Shown here: piece after piece, positions 11,261-24,800 of the stretch
Position numbering within the stretch: the stretch's first letter is position 1
How the letters are laid out: every line of letters starts with the position of its first letter
Assembly: GCF_018977255.1 (NCBI RefSeq)
Contig: NW_024704742.1
Coordinates: 4,776,001 to 4,840,000, forward strand
Direction of reading: 5' to 3'
DNA: 64,000 bases
Source: Callorhinchus milii
Taxonomy: Eukaryota
Notes under the pieces: generated by a model
What the model was told of the DNA's origin: nothing
Databases searched by the model: none
The model's input: only the letters and a program-made list of their open reading frames with translations
Program-made: the position numbers and the translations under genes

Positions 11261-14200
11261 AACAACAACAACAACAAGAAGATTACATTTGTATAGCACC
11301 TTTCACTTCGGGAGGACGTCCCAAGGTGCTGGACAGAGTACAGCATTTCAGACCCGAGCTGGGGTTGGGGGGGGGAAGAGAGCCGAGGGGAAAAGGGGGT
11401 GGCCGATGGTGTGGTCGAAGAGGAGGGTCTTGAGGCGAGACTTGAAGGAGGCTAAGGACGGGGCGAGGCGGAGTGATTGGGGGATGGAATTCCAGAGGTT
11501 GGGGGCAGAGTGGCTGAAGGCTCTCCCGCCAATGGTGGGGCAGGTGGGTCGGGGGATGTGGAGCAGGTCAGAGCCGGCTGAGCGGAGGGAGCGGGCGGGT
11601 TGGTAGGGTGTTAGGAGGTCGCAGAGGTAGGGTGGGGCGAGGCCATGGAGGGCTTTGTAGGTGAGGACCAGAATCTTGAACTGGATCCTCTGAAGGATAG
11701 GGAGCCAGTGGAGTTGGGCGAGAGTGGGGGAGATGGGGTCACGGAGTTTGGTGCGGGAGAGGACACGGGCTGCAGAGTTCTGTATTATCTGCAGCCTGTG
11801 GAGGGAGGAGTTGGGAAGGCTGACAAGCAGGGCGTTTGCATAGTCGATCCTGGAGGTGATGAAGGCATGAACAAGAGTTTCAGCGCCTGAGGGGTGAGGT
11901 AGTAGTGGAGTCGGGCGATGTTACGGAGGTGAGGGAAGGCAGAACCGGTTATGGCTTGAATGTGGGGGAGAAAAGACAGTTGAGGGTCGAACAAGACACC
12001 TCGGTTCCTGACTGGCTGGTGAGTTGTGTAGTGTGCAACCATGGAGGTTGATGGTGCCAGAGCCTGAGGTGCAGAGGCACTTGCGTGAGCCAATCAGGAG
12101 GGCCTCAGACTTGTTCACATTCAACTTTAGGAAATTTGCCCTCATCCAGGACTTGATGTCCGACAGGCAGTCGGTCAGGACAGCAGTGGTCCCGGAGTTG
12201 AGGGTGGAGGCAGAAAGATAGAGTTGGGTGTCATCTGCATACATGTGGAAATTGTCCCATGTCTGCGGATGATGTCACCAAGGGGGAGCATTTAGATATT
12301 AAAGAGGAGAGGGTCAAGGACAGAGCCCTGGAGGACGCCAGATGTGACCGTGTGGGGGCTGGAGGAGAAACCGTTAGAGGCAACGAAGTGGAGACGGTGA
12401 GAGAGATAGGAATTGAACCAGGCAAGGGCAGGTCCGCGAAGATTGAGTAAAGCGGAGAGGCGGTGTATGAGGATGGAGTGTTTGACAGTGTCGAAAGCGG
12501 CAAAGAGGTGGAGGAGGACAAGGAGGCAGAGGGAGCCCTGATCACAGATGTTCAGAATGTCATTAGTGACTTTGACCCCCAGGGCTGTTTCTGTGCTGTG
12601 GGCAGCACGGAAGCCGGATTGGAGGGGTTCAAAGAGGGAATGGCGAGAGAGAAAGGAGTGGAGCTGGGACGCGACGACTCGTTCCAGGACCTTGGAGAGG
12701 AATGAGAGGTTAGAGATGGGGCGGTAGCTGGAGAGGAGGGATGGATCCAGGGAAGGCTTTTTCAGGATGGGGGCGATGATGGCTGTTTTTAGGGGTGTGG
12801 GAACTGAACCAGTGGACAGGGAGAGGTTGATGACATCGGACAGGAGAGGGGCCAGAAAGTGGAGCTGGGAGATGAGGAGAGAGGTGGGGATGGGATCGAG
12901 GGAGCAGATGGTGGGTTTGAGCTTGTAGATAGTCGTGGTGAGGGAGGAGGAAAGGATAGGGTAAAAGGAGTATAGAGGAGGATGGGTGGGGGGGGTGGGT
13001 ACCCTCGATTTTAGATTAAGGAAGTCAGCATCTCCTCACAGTTGGAGTTTGAGGAGAGGATGGGCGAGGGATGGGAAGGTGGACAGAGGAGATGGTTTGT
13101 GGTGGAAAAGAGAAACCAGGGGTTGTCCTTTGCCTCCAAGATAGGATTTGGCGGAGGCGAGAGTGCAGTGGTAGATCTTTGTGTGGTGAAGCCAGATCTG
13201 CCGATGGACCGTTAGTTTGGAATTGGTCCAGGCGCGTTTGGCAGCTCGCACTTGTGCCTTGAGGGAACGGAGTGGCTGGTGTACCAGGGGGATTTACGGG
13301 AGTATGAGGCAGTTTGGGAGGTGAAGGGGGCAAGGGAGTCAGAATGAAGGAGAGGGAATTGTGGAGAAAGGAGAGTGAGGAGGGGAGATCGGTCAGTGAG
13401 GGCCAGAGGTGTAGGAGTTCATATGACTCCAGGGCAGTGGAGAGGGAGGAAATTTTTTTCCATGGACGGGATGTAATGGTTGAGGGTTGGGAAGTGGGAA
13501 GGGGTACAGAGGTGTTGAGGGAGATGAAGTGGTGGTCCGAGATGGCTTTATCGATGATGGTGATGTCCGAGATGGTGAGGCCCCGGGTGATCACCAGGTC
13601 AAGAAGGTGGCCACGGACGTGGGTGGGGGAGTGGATGAGGAGGGAGAGGTTTAGGGAAGAGAGGAGTGGGGAGAAATTGGCAGAGGTAGAGCAGGAGGGG
13701 GTGAAGTGGAGGTTGAAGTCACCTAAGATAAGGAGGCATTCAGAGCAGAGGGAGAGGGAAGATAGGAGGGTGGAGATGTCCGAGAGGAAGGTGGGGGAAG
13801 GCTTGGGGGGACGGTAAACAAGGAGGAGTTTGAAGGAAAGCCTGGAGGGGTGGTAGAGGGTAAGGTGTTCAAAGGAGGGGAAGGTTCCGGAGGAGTAAGG
13901 GGGAAGGCCGAGGGGGGACGGAGAGATGAGAGCCACACCACCGCCACGGCGATTAGGCCGTGGGGTTTGGTGAAAGGTGTAACCTGGAGGTGTGACCTCA
14001 ACTAGTGGGAAGGTGTTGCCTAGGGTGACCCAGGTTTTGGTGAGGACGAGGATGTCGAGGGACTCGACGGTGAGGTCGTGAATTGTGAGGGACTTGTTAG
14101 TTAACGAGCGAACGTTCTGCAGACCGATGCGGAGGGGACAGTTAGTGGTGGGAGCGTGGGGGGGGGGTGAGGGGGAGGAGGGAGTGGGCAGGCAGGTTGG

Positions 14201-14400
14201 ATGGGGATGTGAGTGAGGGGGGGAAAGGTTGGCTCCCGTGAGTGAGGGCCGGTGGGCAGTCAGGGTGGGTGCTGTAGGACAGCCAACGGCATCTACCACG
14301 GTGGGCACGACGGAGAATGTGAAGGGAGGAGCAGGGTGGGGGGCCGTGGGGGAGTCAAGGAGGAATAGGAGTCGGGGCGGGCGGAGGGAGAGGAGGGTTA
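11261..14400 (-). mobile_element. Large (~3.1 kb) decayed L2-clade LINE with APE endonuclease, RT and intact 3' tail
   Basis: ORF 13025..14497 has APE motifs (QNVRSL, RRGGGVAL, VYRPP, ILGDFN, PTHVRGHLLDLV, SDHH); ORF 11921..12244 has L2-type YADDTQLY..WM.ANFLKLN..KSE; 3' end ...gtgaaaggtgctatacaaatgtaatc + (TTG)n. ORF2 is broken by frameshifts. Confidence 0.95.
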
Positions 14401-14699
14401 ACACGTTTTGACACAACTTTTGTTGACAGTAGGGGGAGATATCTGAAAAATGGGTGTCAACGTCTATACCATTAAATATAATAACAATAATAATCATTGC
14501 ATTTGATGTACAACGGTGCCTTTCAAGTCAGGAGGATGTCTCAAAAAGCTTCACAGGATTTATTCTAACGTACCCTAGGGTGTCTTTCGTAGGCAATACT
14601 TAGAGCTGTTTGAAAAGTAAGAATGAGTTTAGTTGCTTTGAAATGTGAGGAAAATAATCCATTACTGGCAAATTTATAATTAGGTTTAAGGTGCCGTCT

Positions 14700-15130
14700 T
14701 ATCGCGAGTTAAAAGCCTGAATCATGTTTAGAAAGTGAAAGCTCTTAAAGCGTCCTTTCCGAACTACATTCCATCTAATGTGAGTTAGCACGGAAATCAC
14801 ACTGCAGCACTAGTTCGTCTTGTCCTGCGGTGAAATCCCCGTGGAAAACTAAAGTAACGCGGCACATTCCTTTTAAAGCGCGCAGGTAGTTTTGACAGGT
14901 ATTGCACGGTGGTGTTGTTTCTGGAGGCTGCGAATAGGGCAATGTTCGTATCAGCTGCTCGTAACGACAAAGTACTGTGAGCACTCCCAAAGTGCACTGA
15001 GGCACCTGGCAGATGGGAGTGTCATGTTTCCAGCCCGAGACTGCCTCTCAGTTTTTCGCCGCTAATCATTAACTTTCTCCTGAGGCTTTTCCCCATTTTA
15101 GAGGTGAAGTGAACTGACAGGTAACTCTTA
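14700..15130 (+). promoter_or_regulatory. Candidate RASSF6 promoter/enhancer and non-coding first exon
   Basis: Repeat-free, locally CpG-retaining segment with IRF-like GAAAGTGAAAG (14731), TEAD-like ACATTCC (14766, 14864), HNF1-like GCTAATCATTAAC (15061) and a donor-like ACAG|gtaact at 15120. The RASSF6 ATG exon has an acceptor, so an upstream exon is expected somewhere. Confidence 0.3.
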
Positions 15131-16277
15131 ATAGTTGTCATGTGTCCTGGAAGGTTAAGTAAAGGAATCCTTGAGCACCTGGATGCTGCTGTCGACCTGT
15201 ACGTTTCTTAAGGTGGGTAAAGGTTCGTTGACTCGAACTGTTCACAGTTGTCCTGATGTTTCTTCTCATTGTTTGAGTGTTACGTTAATGTTTGAAGGGG
15301 AAAGTCAGAGCTTGAGGCTAACTAAATCAGTCGGGTGATTCAAGAGATAAGTTACGCAAAGACATTTAAAGCAGCGACTGGCTAATTGGAGACTTTCCAG
15401 TAACTTGAAATCATTCCATACTGCTTCGGACTTTGCTATAGCCTGACATCATTGCATCAATAATTCATGGCTAAGATTCAGGTTGAATGCTTCCGTGAAT
15501 TATGCGGAAGTTTTACCATCTTTTCTGTTTAAACAGAAAGGTGATGCAGTCTACTTTCAGATCTACATTAAGTACACCGTAAAGGGTTCTGATAACACAC
15601 TCTTGCTTCGAACCTGACCGGTTTGCGTATGACCACAGACAAAGGCTAAGCTTCTACTCGTGTTACATCATGGTGAAAATTGTGGTTTTTAAAACAAAGT
15701 CGATGTGTTAATTGACGCATCAGCAGCTCAAACTTTCTAGTGATTTAAGCCTTTACGCCATTGACTTAAAATGTAAAATCTTGCACAACATTAGCTGATT
15801 CTTAAATCCATTGTGATTTTGGCAGCTGTTGTGCGTAAGTTCTAGTCATTAAGAGCAAGTTCCAAAATTCTGCTCTTATCTAAAATGTTACCACCATGGT
15901 TTTAAGGCTTTGACTGTAAGAATCTTCAGACCTCAAATCTGTTAAGAAACATCCGTTTTCACCTCAATATTTCTTAATATTCTTCTGAAAATGTGGCGCT
16001 TTTCAAAAAAAATAAGTCAACATTCCTATTGTTCTGACCTGTCTGAATGCCACAACGAGCTGCAACTTGTGAAAGAAATGCGATTGCTTCCTATCGGGTT
16101 GTGCGGTGGGTGTATTTTTTGTACCTGTAAATGTTTGAAATATTTCCTTTCAGTAAGCTTACCGCCTAGTGCCAGTTGTGAATTTGAAAGTTAAGCAAAT
16201 TATTCCACAAGGAGTGAGAACTTAGAAAAGGGAGAAACCTTGTCACGGGTTATGGACTTCAGATTAACACATATCAT

Positions 16278-16612
16278 GATAATAATAATCCTTGCATTTG
16301 ATGCAGTGCCTTATCACGTCTTCGAGACGTCCCAAAGCCCTTCGCACTGTGACGTGAATTGCCTGTATATTTTACGCGGCAGCCAATTGCGCACAGCAGT
16401 GTCCCACAAACAGTCGTGGATTGAGTGACCGCATATTTTTATTTTATTTTGTTTTTTTACGGGATTATTGCCCCCAGAGAGCAATCTGCCAATCGCCTAA
16501 CAACCGGGTTCCTACTTACTGCTGGGTAAACCAAGGTTTGAGGAGTAAGGAAACTTGCCTAAGGTTTCGCCCCTCCTGGGAATCAAACCCAGAACCTCTC
16601 GCTTGCGAGGCG
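16278..16612 (-). mobile_element. tRNA-derived SINE, long subfamily
   Basis: Contains ctaacaaccgggttcctacttactgctgggtaaac middle segment plus head and tail. Confidence 0.88.
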
Positions 16613-17999
16613 AGTGGTCATATCTTGTGGAAAAGCTAGACTATTATAACGTTGATCAGTGCCTAGATTGAGGTACACCAAAATATAAAGCAAAGTTTCA
16701 CCTTCACTTTGTTTAAGATGCTGACTCATGGGGCATTGAACTTGGCAGTGATTGTTGGCAAGCTTTGCAACTGAAGGGAATATCACCAGCGAGTGTAATC
16801 CTATCCTCATCCGATTTCTACGACAGGGATCACAAAAAACAATCTGAAGGTAGAATCCTAACTGATTTCCCCCTCGCAAAGCGAGGGGCAAGGATTCTTT
16901 TTGCTGTTCCACCAGAAATCAGCTGTCTCGATATAGACTGGAGATTGGCTTAGGCTCCTGGTTGGTGTAGGTTGATAGTCCATTGGGAAGTACCTTTCTC
17001 AACCAAGTCACCAGTCGCACAGAGGAATTCATTTTTTAAGCTGAAAGCCGGAAATATTTCTGTACATTTCAGTCTTTAAAAGGCTAAGGGACATTAATGC
17101 TACTTGTTGCAAATAAATTCGCCCACAAATATACAGTCAATTCACTTTACAGTGTGTTCTGTGAAGCGCTTTGGGACGTCCTCCCGACGTGAAAAGCGCT
17201 ATATCAAATGCAAGGATTATTATTATATTATTATTATTTCAGTTCAATAAATTAGGCAATGCAGGTATTCTTTTTATATCCCCATTGGTTTACTGAAGCT
17301 GTGTTTCACTAGAGTTACGTTCACTTTTAGTCAAAACAGTCTTATGGTAAGATCCTGTGTGTGAGGTTGCGTTGGTGTGATTTTATTGTGCCTAAATGTT
17401 ATGCATTTTACGGGGCACACTCCAAAATTGCTGAATTAATTGTGAGAGTGATCATTAAAATGCTGATATAACTATTAATATGGTATCTTATCCTGTAAAA
17501 ATAAAAACATAGCGTGCATGGTGTATCGGGAGACACAGATTTCCCATTGTAACAAACTCTCTCGCCTATCGTTTATTTGCTTATAACAAGTTTCATTTTC
17601 ATTTTCACTGTCTCTAAACAATGGGATTCACGATGGGGATTTTCTCCTGTTGTCGCTGGTGAATTAAAGGTGTGCTAAGGACGAAACTTGATTTAATGAA
17701 ACGTAAATGAAGCCACTATTTTTACTTTTGAGGCACCATCATTATTCTTCACCGTAGGGTTAACTGCAGCAGTGATACCAGAAACGTAGTCCTCGATGGT
17801 AGAACAGATGCATTAAAGCCGAGTGAGAAGTTGGTGTCAGATGGCATTTACGTCACTATGGCCAATTACTGTCAGCCTGGTTGAGTTGGTGGCTCTCTTA
17901 GCTCTGAGAGAGGCCCCATATTGGGACTTCGAACTCATAGTCTAGGTTGATATTCCAATTTATCACTGGGGGGGTGCACATGTTTTTGGAGGTGTCGTC

Positions 18000-18330
18000 C
18001 TTCCTCTCTCTCCCCCTCCTCCCTTCCCCCTCCTCTCTCCCTTCCTCTCTTCCCCCTCCTCTCTTCCCCCTCCTCTCTCCCCCCTTCTCTCTCCCCCCCT
18101 TCTCTCTCCCTCTTCTCTCTTCCCCACTTCTTTCTTTCCCCCCTTCTCTCCCCCCATCCTCTCTCTCCCCCTCCACTCTCTCCCTCTCCTCGCTTTCCTC
18201 TCTCCTCTCTTTCTCTCCCCTCCTCTCTCTCCCTCTCCTCTCTCTCTCCCTCTCCTCTCTCTCATTGACCCCTCTCCCCCCTGTGCCCCCCCCCCTCTCT
18301 TCCCCACTCTCTCTCCCAATCTCCCTCCCG
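18000..18330. repeat. Polypyrimidine (CT-rich) low-complexity tract
   Basis: About 330 nt of almost pure C/T on the + strand. Confidence 0.95.
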
Positions 18331-20294
18331 AGCTCGTATCCCTATCTGCAGCGGTAGATTGGTTCCTAAGGACACGGTTGGTAAGAGAGGCGTTTGCTTT
18401 CCTGACAGACCGCAGTAAAGGCTCTGCGATTGCGGTGCATCCTTCCAACCACCGGATCCTGCCGCTGCCCTGGGAGGACGTCCACCAGAGAGGGAGGGAG
18501 GGAGCGGAAGGGTGGAAATGCTCGGGGGCCAGATAAAATCAACCGCCTGTTGGATCACGCTGGCTTAGACTACGTGAGTTCAAGTCCTGACCTGGGTCTC
18601 GAACCCACAACCTTCTGACTCGGAGGTGAGAGAGCTACCAACTGAGCCAGGCTGTACACAAAAAATGCGCAGAGATATAAATCTATATTGGAGGGACAAC
18701 TCCAGCCAGCATGGACAAAGCTGGGATGTACATCACTGCAATTTTTGACAGAGTCCGTAGAAACAACCAACCCATCTCGCTTTGGGTTACAGTCCAAACT
18801 AACAACCTGAAGCTGGAGGGAAAACTCTTTCAACTGCCCTTGACCACAAGCTCTGTCACAGTTCACAGGCTACACCGTTTCGAGATACTTGGACATAACC
18901 TTTTGACTGTCCTGCAAATGCTACGGAACGTATAAATGATCATGCTCAGTTTGTTCCAGACGACCTTGGTAAATAACCTGCAAGGAACGGGTTGCAATCT
19001 GTGGATGTGTAAATATCGTTGTCAGCTGTTCGTGATGATATCATTGTGAGTTACAATTACTTGCATTCTTCATATGGTTGTGATAAGTTTGGGAGGCATA
19101 TTTATATCTCTGTGTATTTTTTTAACGTGTGTACACTTGGCTTTGCTTTGTACGTGGATACAGTAGATATAGTAAACTCTTGATCTACTTCTATATCTAT
19201 AAATACATTCATAAATGCAGCTGGGATATTGACAATGTGATGTCTTAAGTGGTAGTTGTGATAAGTTAGGGTTCAGTTACTGGGTGTTTACAGTATAGGG
19301 ATTACCATGTCGTTAACGGCATTATTTATACAGCACCCTTGACATCAGGAGGGTGGCTCAAAGAGCCTCATAGATTTTATTGTAAAGCACAACGATAATA
19401 ATAATAATAATAAAAATAATAAAACAATAATAATCCTTGCATTTGATATTGCGCTTTTCATGTCTTCTGGATGTCTCAAAGTGCTTCACAGAATATACTG
19501 TAAAGTGAATTGACCGTATGTTTGTGGGATGTCTATTTTATAGAGGAATGCTGCAGAAAATTTGATGAACGCAGCAGCCAATGTCCCAAAAACAACCAGA
19601 GAAACAATATCAGGTTTTAGTGAAACACAAACAACACACTGTTTTAATTAATTCAGAATTTCTTTGTAAAATGAGACACTTTTTTCTTTAGGTATGACTA
19701 AGTATTTGAGCGTCAGCCTGTTAATACTCCTGCCGCTGAGTCAGGAGGGTTCTGTGTTTCAGCCCCGTATCAGGACATTTTGTCTCGGCTGACACTCTGA
19801 CATCCAGGGAGAGAGTGTGATTCCATTCCAACAATCTTTCTCTGGGATTTCCACGTGCAGATAGGATGCACGGAAATCTCAGCTTGGTTTGGATACAGTG
19901 CATGAGCCAGACATCTGGCTGACTCCATTTTTTTTCAAAAAAAAATGACAGTATTGGGAAGTGCTGCACTGTTGGTGGTGGCGTCCCTCAGACGAGATGT
20001 GAAATCGAGGAACTGTCTGTCTGTTCGGTATTCGAAAACAGAAGTGAGTTTGTCCTGGTGTCCTGGCCAACAATTCCCAGTTAAGATTGGTCACCCATTT
20101 CATGGTTGTTTGTGGGGCGTTGTTATGTGCGAATCACCACTATAGCCTATAAATACATTGTTTCTACACTTTACAGTAAAATCCTGTGAAGCGCTTTGAG
20201 ACGGGTTCAACTATAATAATCCTTGCATTTGATGGAGCGCCTTATTAAGTCTTCGAGACGTCTCAAAGCACTTCACAGAATAGACCGTAATCCA

Positions 20295-20617
20295 CCACTC
20301 GGTCAGAGCCTCCGCTCGACTGCGCACCAGCCTACTGCTCGTCCCTTGCACCCTCCGCCCCACCATCGGAGGTCGGGTTTTCAGCAACTACACCCCGAAA
20401 CTCTGGAACACTCTCCTTCAATCCCTGCGCCTTGCCCCCTCTCTCCCCTTTTTCAAGGCCTGCCTAGAAACCTTCCTTTTCGACCGTGCTTACGGTCACC
20501 TCCCCACTCCCCCCACTCCCACCCCGGCTCGGAGACAGGCTGCGCCACTGTTAAGCGCTCTGAGACGCTATCCTGCGAGGAGGGCGTTATGTAAGTGCAA
20601 ATTGCTGTCGTCGTCGT
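20295..20617 (+). mobile_element. L2 LINE 3' end with (GTC)n tail
   Basis: Similar to the 3' region of the large L2; ends agcgctctgagacg...gggcgttatgtaagtgcaaattgctgtcgtcgtcgt. Confidence 0.8.
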
Positions 20618-21299
20618 AAAACCTGACGATCAGAGCACGTATTAAGCCAGAAAACATCAACCAACACGGGTGAGCAAACTGGAATGAGAGCAGTTGAATG
20701 AGCTGAAACTGCACTTAGTTGATCACGCTGAAGGTTACAGGATGAGATGGAGGCAATGGTTATGGGATGGGGGTCAAAGGATACACAGGGCAAGGTGCAC
20801 ACCTCTTCTTGACAGATTACATTTGACCCCTTTGCACACTGGTTGATAGGCAGGTGTAAGAGCTGAGTGCTTATCTCACATGCTTGGCTGGTTCAGTTTT
20901 GCTTTGTTGTTTATAGATTAAACAGGGAGGAGCTGGACTATTGTAAACACGCAGACGTGTCGACAATACCTGCAATGAAAGGTGGGAGCAATTCCAAGAC
21001 TGTGTGAAATGCGTGGGGCTTTGCCAACGCAACGTTACGTTGCACCTGTGATTAAAGTGGCTCAGAGCAGTGTTGCGGCCTTTAACACCCATCCCCAAAA
21101 CGTGCAGTAATACCCAACAACAGCAACTTGCATTTTGTACAGCACCCCTCACCCAGAGGAGCGCCCCAGAGGGCTACAACGACCACAACAATTTAGAACA
21201 TAAAGCACCCATCGCACAAGGAAACCATCTCGAAGTGTTTTACAAAAAACGAGAGTTGGAGTCCAAGCTGGGAGGGAGCGTAAGAGCGGTTAAGGGTTG

Positions 21300-21800
21300 G
21301 TCATAGTGCCTGAAATCACGGCCGCCGATGGAGAGGACGCGGGACGTGAAGGGGGCAGGTAGAGGAGTGGGATGTAAAGATGTTGGAGAGGTAGGGAGGG
21401 AGGTGCCAGGCCGTGAAGTGATTTGTAGGTGAGTGTGAGAATTTTTGAAATCGATCTGTTCTGTGACAGGGAGCCAGTGGAGCCCGGCAAGGACTGGGGT
21501 TGATGGGGATCCAGTATTTAGAATCGGTGAGGGTATCGTAGCAGAGCATTGAGTTAGTTGGACTTTGTGAAGTGTGGAATGAGTGCATTGGAAAACTCGA
21601 AGCAGGAGATGCCAAAAGCGGTGTTGGGTATGAGATACGGTTGAAGGCGGGTATGAGATGGAGGTGGAGGAAAGCAGTCGGGGTCCAGGACTGAATGTAG
21701 GGTAGACAGGACAACTAGGGATCGAACCCGGATATCCAGATTACACACAGGTTCAGTGGGTCTGAGGGATAGACTGAGGAGGTTAAGGAGTTCTAATCTG
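21300..21800 (-). mobile_element. L2 LINE fragment
   Basis: Minus-strand frames give KILTLTYKSLHGLAP and related L2 ORF2 C-terminal motifs. Confidence 0.8.
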
Positions 21801-24800
21801 GTTAATCCTATTAAGCAGTTCTAATCTAATCTCCAGTTAATCCTCATCAGCAATTTTGGAGAGAAGAACTTTTAATGTAAAATATGCATTTCAGTCTCAG
21901 ACATTTGCCCAGTTCTCTACTTACAGTCCTCATGAAAAAGTGATTAAAGTATTATTAAAATGTTTATGCTGAGAGAGACACTGGGGTGGTTGCCCAAGTC
22001 TCAGAGGAAGCTCCAGTCTCTTGGAATAAAGCAAGGAAGCATTAGATAAATTCTAGGTCAAAGGTTAGAATATATTTTCCGGGTGTAACACTTTAGTGAT
22101 CTTTCATCAAAAGAAATCACTTTAACCACTGCGCTGATGGACTGCAGTTTTCCTTCGGTAAGTCTAAGAATCAACGGCAAAGTGCGTGGTTTTTTGCGTG
22201 CTCGAATGAGTTTAATTTACAAGTAACAACCCTGATTGAAAATGAACCCTTGTCCTCGTTACAAAATTCCAGCAGAATTCAAAACACAGGGACGCTTCAA
22301 CCCTGCTCTCGTTCCATTGAAATTAAACCGCTTTCGGTCATCTTTCCTCTCTCTCTCTCCACAGCTCCCACTCCCGGCTCATGTGCCCACCCAATACTGA
22401 GAATAGGCTTTGGGTTGTCCTCTTGATGCGAAAGGCGTTGTATAATTAATGTAAATTGGATTAGATTGTATTAAGTCACGAAAGTCACACCATGAACCGA
22501 GAGTCAGGTCTGCCACATAAAAACCCTGTAACTTGTGGTGGGGGTGTGCAATTATGCCCATTAGAAATTGGATTGAGACATGTCAATCGAATCATTTTGG
22601 ACCCTAACACGAAGCAGTGTGAACAGCAGAAATAAATATTTTACCATAGAAATGCAATGTATTGTCAGGTTTTGAAGCATTAGTTTGGCTCAGTTTTTGT
22701 ACTCTTTGTGTCCAAAGGTTGTGGTTTAACATTGGGAATTGACCTGGCAGTTTAAAGTCTGTCTATCAGATTATGTGATGATAATAATAATACTACTACT
22801 ACTAATAATAATAATAATCTTTGCATTTGATACAGCGCCTCATTACATTGTTGAGACATCTTAAAGCGCTTTACAGAATATTTTGTAAAATGGACTGATT
22901 GTGTATTTTGTGGGCGAAACGCGGCAGTCACTTGCACACAGCAGCGTCCCACAAACAGTCATAAAACAAGGCCATACCTGCCTCTTCAGGTTGACACTAT
23001 TTGGAATTGTGTTGATATGATAACATAAGTCCTCCCAGTGTGAAAAGGGCTATATAAATGTAATCTGTAGTTATCGTTGTCTTTAAGCTACTACAGAAAT
23101 GCAAATTCTTTCTTATATTGCTATTTGTAATAGACTACAAATTGCTCAGCACAGCACTATTGGAATGATGTGTGATAACTGAGGACTTTTATGTTGTACT
23201 TTAGTAAACAATTCTAAATATAATTGTGAAATATAAACCATGTGGAGATTTACAAGACAACACTTGCCGTTTGCTTTTGAACGGTATTATCAAGACACTT
23301 TGAAAGTCACTCGTAGACGCCCAGGATTATTTTAAGCCATATTTCTGTATGAATGGGTCTTACTGTTAATTCACGAATCGCTCAAGTACAAATTGTTCTT
23401 TCCTAGGTTCAATCCATCTTGTTTGTTTCAGTTACAGTTTAAGTACAATTCTCTACGGCTGAAATTGTAACTCAAAAACTAAGGGTGTCCAGTGGACAAA
23501 TGGCGGAAGAGTTAAAGCCCATGTACATTATTTGGCGCCGTTTCAAATGTGTTCAGATATTCCAAGGGGAGATGTAGAAGTTCCCTGGAACCGTTCAGCA
23601 TGTGGGGAGTGACATTGCCAAACACAGCCTGGCTTGAGGGCAGAACCTCTGACAGACTAGTTGGGGAGCTCAACAAGGCACTTCACAATCACACAAGGTG
23701 GAGGATCTTCCCAAGGCTGGAGCTTAGAGCGATCCACCTCTCTTAGGAACCAACATTTTATTAGCTCTTGCGCAAGCGATGTGGGATGTTCTGTTCAGAA
23801 TTCATGCCCTCTAGCTATGCATTCTTATGCTGCACCCTTGTGTCATGGTACCCCTCCCACTCTTGTCAATCTCCGCACAGTTACTCTAACGAGGGGCGAA
23901 ATTCCAAATACATTGCACGTACTTCCATAGCATCACTAAAGGTTTAAACCTTTGCCTTTATCGATGTCCTGAAAGAGCTGCCCCTTCCGGCCGTTTCCAT
24001 CAGTAATGATAATCCTTACATTTGATCTCTCACATCTGGAAGATGTCTCGTAGCACTTCATAGGATATAAAGTGCAGTGACTATCTTTTTGCAGGTGAAC
24101 GCGGCAGTCAATTTGCGCACAGCAGTGTCCCACAAACAACCATGAAATAAATGATCAATTTTAACTGGATTGTTGGCCTCCCTTCTCTTTTCAAATAACG
24201 CCATTGGATCTTTAACGTCCACCCGAACAGGCAGACAGAACCTTGGTTTAACATCTCATCCAAAGGATGCCATGTCCAACAATGCAGCACATCCCCAGCA
24301 CCGCATATACTATATGAATTCCAGGTTCTTCTCAGCCTCTGCCAAAATGGCTGAGATGTACACATGAGCTTCCTCGATGCTGCCTGGAGCCATGCTAGTT
24401 TGCTGCTCCTCTGGCACTTCATCTGAAGGATGCTCATTGCTGTTGAAAGTAGCCGTCCGCCTCTGGTGATTTGGAAAAGTGCTTTGAGCAAAGGAGTAGC
24501 TGAGGTGGAAGGCATCAGTTCCAAGCACCAAGGGTCTCGCAGACGAAATGGGGGTTATGGGATCAGTAGAGGTGAAATGGGTTCCTGAGGAAAGTTGACA
24601 CCAGCAGAATCTGGATTTTGATCGAACAAGATACGCTGGAGTATATTCAAAGCCATTCCACAACTCCAACACATGGCAGGAGAGCGAGCCACCACGGAGA
24701 TCATGTCAGAGCTATTGTTCTCCAAGCGATTCCAAACCTTTTGAACAAAAATGTTGACCTGCTCATTGAGATACAAACATCCTTTCTTCTAAAGTACTTC

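Noticed and set aside
13025..14497. 490-aa ORF as a host gene or active retrotransposon
   Set aside because: It is the APE part of L2 ORF2; it starts outside the element and is frameshifted away from the RT, so the copy is not intact.
17898..18558. Ser/Leu/Pro-rich and Arg/Gly/Glu-rich ORFs
   Set aside because: Translations of the CT-rich low-complexity tract.
23938..23953. Perfect 16-bp palindrome AAAGGTTTAAACCTTT
   Set aside because: A single palindrome of this length in 64 kb of AT-rich DNA is compatible with chance; no supporting context.
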